A stretch of DNA of 64,000 nt from Octopus bimaculoides (taxonomy: Eukaryota). The notes under the pieces were generated by a model. It searched no databases. It was not told the DNA's origin and saw only the letters and a list, made by a program, of their open reading frames with translations. Shown one piece after another: positions 1-10,745 of the stretch (the first letter of the stretch is position 1; each line of letters begins with the position of its first letter). The position numbers and the translations under genes were made by a program. The stretch is taken from contig NC_068983.1 in assembly GCF_001194135.2 (NCBI RefSeq), positions 110,355,908-110,419,907 on the forward strand. The letters are read 5' to 3'.

Positions 1-26
1 CAATATTCTGAGTCTGATTCCAGCTG

Positions 27-47
27 AATAATAACAACAACAACAAC

Positions 48-111
<64 letters not shown>
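27..111 (+). repeat. (AAC)n/(AAT)n microsatellite
   Basis: Direct reading: aataataacaacaacaac followed by an (aat)n run. Confidence 0.97.
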
Positions 112-128
112 TTTCGAAATTTCCCCAA

Positions 129-174
129 GACACCTGATAAATGCTGGAGGGTATATCAGCCGAAACGTTGTGTT
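129..174 (+). ncRNA. Minimal type I hammerhead ribozyme motif (degenerate core), PLE-associated
   Basis: GACAC-CTGATAA-AT-GCTGG(agggtata)TCAGC-C-GAAA-CG-T-T-GTGTT. Stem I is GACAC/GTGTT, stem II is GCTGG/TCAGC, stem III is the palindrome ACGT and the cleavage triplet is GUU. The core reads CUGAUAA instead of CUGANGA. Confidence 0.72.
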
Positions 175-339
175 AGCATCAAACAAGATGAGGACAAATA
201 TCTGTCAATTGTAAATAATGTAAATAATGTACATAATTTCTCATCTCTTAAATATAGAACTGAATTTTCAGTAAGTAAAGAAAGGTAATACCACGTAATA
301 TAAGGTTGAGGTAAGAAATATCTTACTGTGAGAAACATC

Positions 340-1835
340 TGATTTAAGTTAACATGTTGGAAAAGTGACTGACGCTGAACGAACGCGCGTATGACGTAAG
401 AGGCTGAATATATCCAACGAATGGACAGCAGTTAGAGCCGGATAGTGGTAGACAGGAGATGGAAAACCAATGCATATTCATAGACAGGTTTGTGAGAGAT
501 AATTGTAATATTTTAATATAAATTGATTCATTACTGTGGGAGACAAATTGAAAATGAGGTAGGCTCAATTCATGTAAGGCCGGGCTACGTACGGAAATGC
601 TGAATTTCCATGGGAAAAGCCTGTGGTGGCGAAGGGTTTAAATTTGTAGAGGCGAATCTAAAATATTAATAAGAGAAGTGTAGTCCGCTGGAAGCATTGT
701 AGTTCAGAATTATAAGAAAAGGAACATAAAGAAAGCGTCTAATAATGCAGAAAGTTTTACAAAAACCTGTATATTTCAGGCGCAAAGGCCTATCTTCAGA
801 AGGAAGCAGTCCCGGAAATGACTAGTTACATCGATTTCGTTATTTTATTTTAAACTGCTCGGCATTTGAGTTAACAGTAGCAACACTCCAGCAGTTGGTC
901 ATTGTGACTTATTTTCACGTGGTGGTGGTGGGAAATGATGTTCGTGGCGTATGTTATGATGTTGGATGTAGTCACCGTGATGTTTACATAGGAGCCACCG
1001 GCCCATTTCCGATCGACTGTTAAATTCCAGGTTGACGTGGCAGATTAATATAGCTTCTTTGATACGAAGGCGTCTTTTGTTCATCTCCGAGGCCAATATA
1101 GAGACATCTTTGTCTTTGGTGGTACTGCCGCATTTTCTTAAGTGTTTCGGGAAGGAAGGACGCCTCGGTACTGAGGTACTCCTTCATTCGTACGTCGAGC
1201 GATCGGACTGTGCTACCGATGTAAAAATTGTTGCATTTGGAGCATCGTATATAGTATACTATGTATGTACGAAGGCATATATCAGTGTCGCGAATAGGGA
1301 GGCTTTTCACTGTGCAGAACTATTGTTCTGCGCGTGACCGCCTCGTTGATAGACGTTTACTTAGGGACGGCCATAAATGAGCCAGCAGGATATCGAGTCC
1401 TTTCCAGCAGATGACCTGGTATAGCGTGGAGGTGGTCATCTCGTTAAAGTGGGAAATCGTCACGAAGTAGGTCTTAGTGAAATCCCTTTTTCCACATGTA
1501 TTTGGATTGTGTTCGTAAATGGAGTAAATAACGGACGTCCGGTATCCGCTGGTCTGAAGTACCTTCAGGAACTGAGCAGAATGTGCGTCCGGGCTGGTGT
1601 TGTCACTGCGTCTTTCGTGTCATCTCTTTATGCACATATCTTATTTTGACCCTTATGGGGAGGACCGACTTGTAATGGACGAAGAGATCCCGGTAAGGTC
1701 ATTTTCAGTAGAACATCGTATTAGTTTTTCTCTTCTCCGTGATGTTTAGCCGAAAGTCAAGCAAGGGCAGGGAATCGTTGCTGCTTGGATGTTCAATGGT
1801 GAAGCTAGGTTCATTGTTATTGATAAGTAGACTGC
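340..1835 (-). mobile_element. 5'-truncated Penelope-like retroelement: RT thumb, C-terminal GIY-YIG endonuclease and 3' pseudo-LTR; decayed
   Basis: Minus-strand translation gives FTIEHPSSNDSLPLLDFRLNI...FY*K*PYRDLFVHYKSVLP (PLE RT C-terminus). It continues with YIVYYIRCSKCNNFYIGSTVRSLDVRMKEY (GIY-YIG with internal CxxC) and RRLRIKEAILICHVNLEFNSRSEM (PLE endonuclease end). Stops and frameshifts are present. Confidence 0.88.
766..803 (-). ncRNA. Minimal type I hammerhead ribozyme motif in the PLE 3' pseudo-LTR (sense to the ORF)
   Basis: Reverse complement: CCTT-CTGAAGA-T-AGGC(ctttgc)GCCT-GAAA-TA-T-A-CAGG. The CUGAAGA and GAAA cores are intact, stem II has 4 bp, stem III is the palindrome AUAU, and stem I has 3 bp plus one mismatch next to the core. 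Confidence 0.75.
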
Positions 1836-1899
1836 AGTAAAGCCAAAGGTACTCTCGTACACACGACGCAAATGTGCATATACTCGTGCATGTTTACCT

Positions 1900-2105
1900 G
1901 TGTATACGCCCCACATACATATATGCACATACACATAGATATAAATATACAAATACATACATATAAATACTTATATAAATATATGCATGCATGTATACTT
2001 ATATGTATATTATATACATACATACATACATACATACATACGATGTAATGAATATTATACGCACACACACGATTGCGCGTATATGTGTGTGTGTATGTGT
2101 GCCTG
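1900..2105. repeat. Mixed (TA)/(TACA)/(CA)/(TG) low-complexity tract
   Basis: Direct reading. It explains the spurious ORFs 1746-1958 and 1817-2149. Confidence 0.85.
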
Positions 2106-5100
2106 CATTCGTGTGTTTTACTATCTGAGCTAGCCAAAATCAATGTCAAATATATTGTCTTCTACTATAGTTTTTCTTTACTCAATAAGAAAAATTAATT
2201 GATATTCTTATATTAGCTTCTGAATATCATGATTAATTATTAAGACACTGAATCAATTTTCAAAATTTTACTCTCCGATTTAGCTTTTAGCTGTCTATTT
2301 CTTGCGCACAAAATACTATCCCTAATTAAGCAGTGTTAATTAGCAAGCGCAGATCTTTTATATTTACTGCGTGTAAAACCTTGCCAATGTAGCATTAATT
2401 AAGTTATATTTCTTAAAAGTAACAATTATATACTGCCTCAATAAACATAAATTTAAAACAGAATTTCTATTACTTTCTACTTCCTATTCGAACGTTGTCT
2501 CTTTTTCTGCTCAAGAAAAAAATTACATAGATTTTCATTAAACTGCTATAATATTTTGTTTCGAGAAATATTAAACATAGACATTTTTTTCCTGTTATTA
2601 ATTAGTCATTCGTATAAAACAATCCAAGAAATGTTACAAAGAGGCTTTAGTATGCATCTTATCAGACAGTACTCAAAATATAAAGAACTCAGTAATAACA
2701 CGCTGCGTATTTAAAATAGATCCAAAAATATATTGGGAAATAGGAGAAATAGTTGTATATGCTAAAAGAGTATTATAAAAAAGACGAGAATGATTTTATG
2801 GTTTTATTATAAATGGAGATGTCAATCTGACTTAATCAAAAGATTGGAAGAAATAGAACAACAAACAGCTCGCCATGACTGCATGATTGAACATAACAGC
2901 AGGCGCCGCGATAACTGTCGAGCAAGAAGATTATCTAGATACATGAAATACATGGATATATATATATATATATATANNNNNNNNNNNNNNNNNNNNNNNN
3001 NNNNNNNNNNNNNNNNNNNNNNNNNNNNNNNNNNNNNNNNNNNNNNNNNNNNNNNNNNNNNNNNNNNNNNNNNNNNNNNNNNNNNNNNNNNNNNNNNNNN
3101 NNNNNNNNNNNNNNNNNNNNNNNNNNNNNNNNNNNNNNNNNNNNNNNNNNNNNNNNNNNNNNNNNNNNNNNNNNNNNNNNNNNNNNNNNNNNNNNNNNNN
3201 NNNNNNNNNNNNNNNNNNNNNNNNNNNNNNNNNNNNNNNNNNNNNNNNNNNNNNNNNNNNNNNNNNNNNNNNNNNNNNNNNNNNNNNNNNNNNNNNNNNN
3301 NNNNNNNNNNNNNNNNNNNNNNNNNNNNNNNNNNNNNNNNNNNNNNNNNNNNNNNNNNNNNNNNNNNNNNNNNNNNNNNNNNNNNNNNNNNNNNNNNNNN
3401 NNNNNNNNNNNNNNNNNNNNNNNNNNNNNNNNNNNNNNNNNNNNNNNNNNNNNNNNNNNNNNNNNNNNNNNNNNNNNNNNNNNNNNNNNNNNNNNNNNNN
3501 NNNNNNNNNNNNNNNNNNNNNNNNNNNNNNNNNNNNNNNNNNNNNNNNNNNNNNNNNNNNNNNNNNNNNNNNNNNNNNNNNNNNNNNNNNNNNNNNNNNN
3601 NNNNNNNNNNNNNNNNNNNNNNNNNNNNNNNNNNNNNNNNNNNNNNNNNNNNNNNNNNNNNNNNNNNNNNNNNNNNNNNNNNNNNATATATATATATATA
3701 TATATACACATGTATATACTGTATGTATTCGTGTATATATATATCTACATATATATACTTTTAAACATGCATGTGTGTGTTATATGTATGCGTGTTTGTG
3801 TGTATGTGTGTGCACTCGAGTTTATTGTTGTGTAGTCATGTCTGTTTGTGTGTCTCAGAACATCTGCATATATATAGATAGTACTACATTTATGTCCTGC
3901 TGTAAAGAAGACTGTTCTCTTTGCGTATGCATAAAAAGAAACTAATATTGATTTTTATGATAATCAGAGTGACGAGTAATCTTCTAGCTTCCAGAAAAAA
4001 ATACTTCTCGCAAGCTGCAATATATCTTAAGAAAACAATGTTTTCTATTCAGTAATAACTCTAGACGAAATTGGTGAAACAGGCATGCTTTATACTTGCC
4101 TCACCTTTTTTAAAGAACGTACTGGCCAATGTATCTAATCGGTTCGAGCATGCACGAAGGAAGTGCGAACATTTATTATATTTATAAACCGGTTCGATAA
4201 AACATTGAGATAGTCGGCATTATTGAATGTAATTTTGTTTATTTGTTTTAATAAACATTGTTAGATTGTGATGTGTTTTCTAATCTTCATTTTACAGAAC
4301 CCCAGCTCTAAACTAGGTTACTTAAAATTTATATGCATATAGATGAAGATATTTTGCTCCTCTTTTCGCAGATATTTGATTTATTCCTATTTTGATCTGT
4401 TTAACAAATCATGAATAATAAAATAAAACTCTATATTTATTTTGCTTATGATTCGAAGTGACATAAGAAAATCATATCAGAAAGATCCAAGTATATCAAT
4501 TCCCCAGTAGATAATTTATTTAATTTCTCATTTATATTCAGGCATCATGTCATAGGAAATATCACTCTGGGGGACGCGTCGAAATATCAGGCGCAATGCA
4601 GAAAAAGTCCTTTCAACCAGCATCAATCAAAATAAGACAAAGTCACAGCAGGATATGAAGGTCAAGCGAATATGAAGGTTGTAGAACGAACACCCTTTGG
4701 ATCTGCCAAACTCTACTTCACGTTTAAAAGGCTGTTGTAGAGTTCGTTGCATAAAACCTATTTCTACTCGCAATGGGCTGGCTACTAATAATCGCCAGTC
4801 TCACACATTTCCATTGGAGAGTGCACTCACAAAATGTATAGACCAGAAACTTTGTGATAAAACCTCGTAACACTTTCTTACAGTATTGTTATTGCAAAAT
4901 ATAATCCTCTTAATTGGTGCTGGCCATTAATTTTTAGTGTAGGATTTTTATCGATTAGATAAATATAACATTTATCTGAGGTTTATTTTACAATTTTTTT
5001 TAAAAATGTGTTGCAAACTTTTGCTATTCTAGAGTATGATGAATTCGAAATAATTTAAATTGTTATTGAATTATGTTGTCAGTTGTGTTGTCGTTGCACC

Positions 5101-7221
5101 TGTGTCATGAAAGAATACCTTTTATTAGAAGCTTGGACTCGAAATGCAGTCTTACCTAAGTTAGAAATGTTTAATCTTCGCGAGAGGCAACAAGCCATTG
5201 TTAACGTCTAGTAGTTGAAAATGCTTGAATGATCTGATTGCAAACTGATCCTATATGTTGTGTTGTTGGTGTGTTTTGTTAATAGTGGTAATATCTATGC
5301 CTTTCTGTCATTAAATGAGAACAGATTATTATGTTTTTAATAGAGGGAGACTTTTTAAGTCTAAGTTCATGAAATTAGTGTTGTAGGTCTTTTGGGGTCA
5401 GGTAAGAAAGAAAAAAATAACACTTAATGTAAAGGGTGATATAATTCTGAATACACGTGTGTATAACAAGTGATAATGAGTAAGTGAGTTAAGGACATAA
5501 GAAAAATAGGGATTACGAAAGGGAAACAAAAGCAGAGTGACTGAAACAAACAAAAATAAATGCGGTATACTATCTAGAGTAAAAAAAATGAAAAATAAAA
5601 AATAAGACAGGAATGTGTGGTAATGTTTACAAGCATAGATTTTTGAACAAGCAGTTTGAAGTGAATGAGGATGGTCTTGTGATGAATGAATTTATATGAT
5701 GGAAATGATAATAAACTGGTAGAAAATATAATGGCTGTATTTTCAGGTCAGTTAATGCTCTTAAAAAATGGCAATAAAAAAATTTTGCAAAATTGGTAGC
5801 GATAGTCATACAAGGGACTAGAAGGACTTACTCCAATTTGGACGAAGGTGACAAATCCTTTATGTTAAGACATTATTTAGCTATACTGATAGTTAAAAAT
5901 TTATGCGTTGTTATGATGGGTGAACAGTTACTGGTTAAGTTCAGCAGACGATTTTCTCCATCCGTTGTAGCCTATTTTCTTTGCCAACATAGAAGCAGTG
6001 TAGATGCACATGAAACATTTGGATGATTTAGAATTACAATTTTGCGTATGGATTAATACGTAAATTATAAGCGTATTTATTGCCAACGTGTCAGAGGTGA
6101 AATATATTTGCAGCCAATGTTACATGGCATAAAAGCCTCAAACTCATTAGTGTCAGATGGTTCAGGAAGAAGAGTGCTTCTGCATACTGCTGTTCATGAT
6201 ACAGGCTGCCATGATTAAGTTATCACTAGACAATGCAATCGACGCAGAGAATGTAATATACGTTATTTGTTTCTTGTGACATGAAAGACGTCAAGAGAAC
6301 AAGGTAAACGTTAGTCCAAAAATATTAATAATACACAATATGAAATTAAATACGGAATAAGATTTATGTTGTGATTGTAAAATGCTTTATCAAGAGCATG
6401 TTCAATGTAAGTGAGATAAAATAAATTCAAAATTAAATTCCATCTGAGCTATGATTCTAAATTATTATGAACGTATTACTTAACTCTTGATAGTCTCTAT
6501 TCGTGTGTATAGTATTATAATAATTAATGGGCAGTGAAGAGTGTAAATGTTAGACATTAACAAGCTGGATGTGATTCTAAAGGTGAGTTGAATTTTCTTC
6601 AGTTCATATTTTAATACAATAGTATTTTTGTGAATAGGAATCGACAACGCCCCTCTTCACTTTTTGGCAAAATTTAGCCTGGTAAATAATCAATATTATT
6701 GTTTATCTTTATCAGAGCGATGCATTTTCGATAAATAGTATTATACAGAGTTCTCAATAGAGAGTTCCTTTCTATCAATGTGCAAAACGTCTTAACACAA
6801 TGAATAATTTTAGCATCACTAGTTTAAGTGATATAAAATCCATGTTCTTGCAGAACCTTTAATTATTCGATACAAATATTCAGAAAACAAATTAAAACGA
6901 GCAAAATATTATTTTAATTTCTCTGTCAAATTTATAACCCATATTTGATTAGGAAATTTATGTCAATTCAATAACTTTTATTATTAGCGCTGATAAAAGA
7001 AAGAAAGGATGCGATGAAATACAACAATCGCTTTTCCTCAGGAATTCACTTACGTCCTCCAAACTCAAACTAACATTCGTATTATAGAATGGTTTGAATG
7101 ATTGAAAGGGATATTATAGAAACACTTACATAATTGATCAACACTCGTTATCTATACGCAACTAAAACTCTGTGATTCCTTGCTTGCGTGCTTGCTTGCG
7201 AGCGTGCTTTTCTGTAATTTA

Positions 7222-7435
7222 ATACAGCCAAACCGGCGCATAATGGGAAAATACTCGGAAAGGATCTCCTGAAATGTGAATACAAACGGAATAAAACAAG
7301 TTTCGCGTCAACTGGATCACGGATTCCCGAGATACGCCGTGTTTTTGGGTACCTCCATTAATAACCAAAACGGTGCATAATGGGAAAATACTCCGAATGT
7401 AACATAACCCTGAAATGGGAATATAAAATACTGTG
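7222..7435. mobile_element. Probable end of a non-autonomous DNA transposon (TA-CAG terminus) with a duplicated subterminal motif
   Basis: Begins ta|cagccaaaccgg. The motif gcataatgggaaaatactc...cctgaaatg.gaata occurs twice, about 145 bp apart. No matching second terminus was identified. Confidence 0.4.
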
Positions 7436-8059
7436 AAAATTGTTTCTATTAATTTCATGTTTACTTTATATAACAATTCCTTTTGCATTTTTGTAGAAGT
7501 GTGCACATATACCATAAATAAATGCTGTTACTGGAGTTCAAGTCAATCGCGGAAGTTCTATTTCTATTAGAAGCTGTAAATAATCAATAAAATCTTAAAC
7601 ATGAACTTGCAAACCAGATCGATGATGGCATGATCAAATTGAATTATTTAACTGAATCATCATAAAATTAACTTTCAATTCAATGCAACTTTGAAATCAG
7701 CGTCAATGCTCTATAGCCTGAACCATTAGTGACCCAACGGATCACGTGTAGTCTAGTATTTTATTAACGTTACGTTGAAAATGACTTATTTTCTCACACA
7801 TGATTATATGCTGTGTGTTTAAGAAGCCCACTTTGCAACCACGTTTTTTTAAAATCCAGTCCCACTGCATGGTGTCTTGTGCAAGTATCTTTTATTATAA
7901 CTCTTGGCTGACAAATGCCAGTTGAGTAGATCTGGAAGACGGAAAATGTCTGGAAGACCATCGTATCTCTCTCTATCTTTCTAACTATATCTGTGTGTGT
8001 GTGTGCGTGTGCGTGTGCGTATGCCTATGTGTGTGTGTATGCGTAAGTAAGTTTGTTTA

Positions 8060-8165
8060 TGCAACCCCACCGTTTGACAATCAATATTGGTTTGTGTAGG
8101 CTCCATAGCTAAGCGTTTCTGCAAAAGAGAAAGAGGGAATAAGTACTGGGGTTGATTTGTTTGCC
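8060..8165 (+). mobile_element. Degenerate SINE fragment, same family as 53783-53968
   Basis: ttgacaatcaatattggtttg...gcaaaagag...gaataagtactggggttgatttg aligns by eye with the 53.8-kb copy. Confidence 0.6.
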
Positions 8166-8234
8166 AGTATCTTTCAATAAGTGTCTCGGCATGGACGCAA
8201 TCGAAACAAATATAAGATGATATATTATAGAACT

Positions 8235-8334
8235 CCCTCTTCACTCTCCCTCTCTCAATCACTCTCACTCTCTCAATCACTCTCACTCTCTCAACCACTC
8301 TCTCCCTCTCTCAATCACGCTCTCTATGTATTTA

Positions 8335-8397
<63 letters not shown>
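8235..8397. repeat. (CT)-rich repeat followed by a (GT)n microsatellite
   Basis: Direct reading. Confidence 0.92.
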
Positions 8398-8398
<1 letters not shown>

Positions 8399-10439
8399 AA
8401 AGTCTATGAGAATTACATAATACAGATCTTGAAGTGTAAAGATGATTTTTAAAAATAATTATTTAAAATATGTTATGAAATCTTTTATGGGGCTGTTTCT
8501 AGCTTTTTGGGGGAAGAAGTTTTATTCTAGTGTGTGGGCGCTTTCGTTTAATCGTTACAAATATAGACATTTCGAATCGTGATTTTGGATCTAAAATCTA
8601 ATAACCATGCAAAACCAATACATATTCCACTCAGCACAGTAATTTTACCCATCAATTATTGAACAGATCAAAATAATAATATTGTCTAGGTAATCTTTAC
8701 AGTGTCTAAATTTTTATATGCTATTGACTCGCCTATATAAAGTTAACGATCTTCATATCTTACAAGAAACTACACGTGTCTCTTAAAGGTAAATGCAATT
8801 ACTATTAGCTGAAATGTTTCCTTTGAATCCTTAATCAGAATTCTAACAAATGTAAAATTGGCTGATAAAGGCAAGGAACACAATGAAATGGTCATTGTGC
8901 ATGATTTTGAAGGAAATTAAAGAAAAGTAAATCAAAGCAAGTCATTTTGTCGGTAAAAATGAATGAAACACCGTAACGAAAAATGTCAGAAAATATTTAA
9001 ATGATTCATAAATCTGAAGTTATTTGATATAGGCAAACTATTGAACAAGAAATATAGTGAAGTGGAAAATATTTGACTCTTTTTATCTGATTATAAGCTG
9101 CCAACAAATCTCATATAGCTAACTAAAACATCACTGAATTTCGTTAAAGTGACATCTTGTTTCTTTGAAAAACACCGGAATATTTTCCGTATATGTATGA
9201 GTTTTTTTTTGTTTTTTGTAGCTGGAAGATTCTGTCTCATCAGATCAAAATATATTCGTAGAAATCATATTAAAATACATTATTATATAATAAAATATAT
9301 ATAACATATTATAAAATACTGAAACGCACTAGACGTTGACGTTTAGGTAAGTACCATTTTATAGCAAGATATTTTGTAAAGTGTAAACAGTTAAATGTAT
9401 TATTCGAATAGTATGTACCACAATTTTAATTGTTCCTCTTTTCCTGAAAGTTACTGTGAAGATGCCCTGTGTCCCTCCTTGAAAACTACGGTGAAGATAC
9501 CCTAAGATACTACTTCAAATTTAGCTTATGTAACTGAATCTATTTCAGTGTAGTGTAGTGTAGATTACTTGTGTTATGGTTTTAAACAATAATATTAGTT
9601 TAAGGAAATTTAGTACACCACAACGGAAAATTGGGGTGTAATTTTACAGCTTAGTCATCACAGCAGTTACATAATTCAAAGATGCATTAATATTATCATT
9701 TATGTATCTGTACTGAAAGGCCGTGTTGTTCAGTGACTAAGTTCCTCAATAAGTGATTTAGGACTTAATCCACAGAACAGTAGCATTAGCATGTGTCTTA
9801 TGTCATAAGATTGGGTCGGCCAAAGTATTATGAAGAGAACTTGAAGGACAAATATCCCGAAGAATCTCTTTAAAGGAACTATTCCAATTCAACTTAGGTA
9901 GCACTGAATTCACAACGCCACTTTACGGTCGGATATCTTTAGCAGACTTCATTTTTCTGCAGGTATTTGGGACACGTTTATGATACAAGATAACTTCCTT
10001 TCTTCATATTATCAACCATGGAATAGCAACAACAACCAACAATTTTACATGAGAAGCAAAATATACACCTACGTTAATGTAACAGTGAGCATGCAATTCA
10101 ATATAGATGTATATTCGTATTGAAAATAACCTTAATTTTCAATAATTTATAAGAAATATTTACGAAACTCATTAAATCAGATAATAGTCGAAAAGTAAGT
10201 CTTAATATATAGATCTAGTATATGAAATGATTAACCATTTGTATATATAACTTTGAGAATTAAAAGTGGTATCTAAAAATAAATGTGTAGTGAAGAAAAT
10301 AATAATAATCGAGAACTAAAAATATTCAGGATATTTTGGTAATTACAGGGAAAATTACTGTTTTTTTATTTTTATATCAATTTTATTTTTACATAAATTT
10401 CTGAGCATAGACTTTACCTAAAAGGTATTTTACTTCCAG

Positions 10440-10745
10440 AGGAAGTAGTAGTACGCTTGACATTTTCTGCCCGCCAAAAGCAGTGTGGTGCTCTGGTCTT
10501 TCTCTGGAGGCATTCCAGGATATCACAATATTTAACAGCAGCCGGCTGTGGGGTCAGTACTCCTTTTAAGACGCCAGTTGAAAATTGTAAAGCTTCACCA
10601 AATTCTGAAGGCTGAAGTATTGTCTGGTCATGAGAAGAGGGACAACTATTTGACATGTGGTGCTAATCATGTACTAAGGGTGTACGTTTGCCACCGGAGA
10701 TCCTCGGTAATAGAGAATCCCAGCATTTGGGACCGCCGGAAAGAC
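10440..10745 (-). mobile_element. Decayed CR1/Jockey-group LINE fragment (region just after the RT core)
   Basis: Motifs across shifted minus frames: MLGFSITEDLRWQ, RQYFSLQNLVKLYNFQLAS*KEY and AAVKYCDILECLQRK. These resemble the post-RT consensus LG+.IT.DL.W...KYF....L.KLY....RP.LEY..W......LD.+QR+. Confidence 0.55.

Noticed and set aside
2790-3764. Long ORFs containing X runs (also 22.1-22.6, 24.6-25.5, 42.7-43.0, 51.0-52.2 and 53.2-53.9 kb)
   Set aside because: They are open only because they cross N-gaps and (TA)n or (AAT)n repeats. The exception is the Chapaev peptide flanking the 22.3-kb gap, which is annotated as part of that element.
5627-6330. Slightly GC-richer segment with short ORFs
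   Set aside because: There are multiple stops in all frames and no motif I could assign.
10414-10656. 80-aa minus-strand ORF ending at a good AG|gtaaag donor, first read as a host first coding exon
   Set aside because: Neighbouring frames carry CR1/Jockey post-RT motifs that join with YCDILECLQRK, so a frameshifted LINE relic is the simpler explanation. No partner exons were found.
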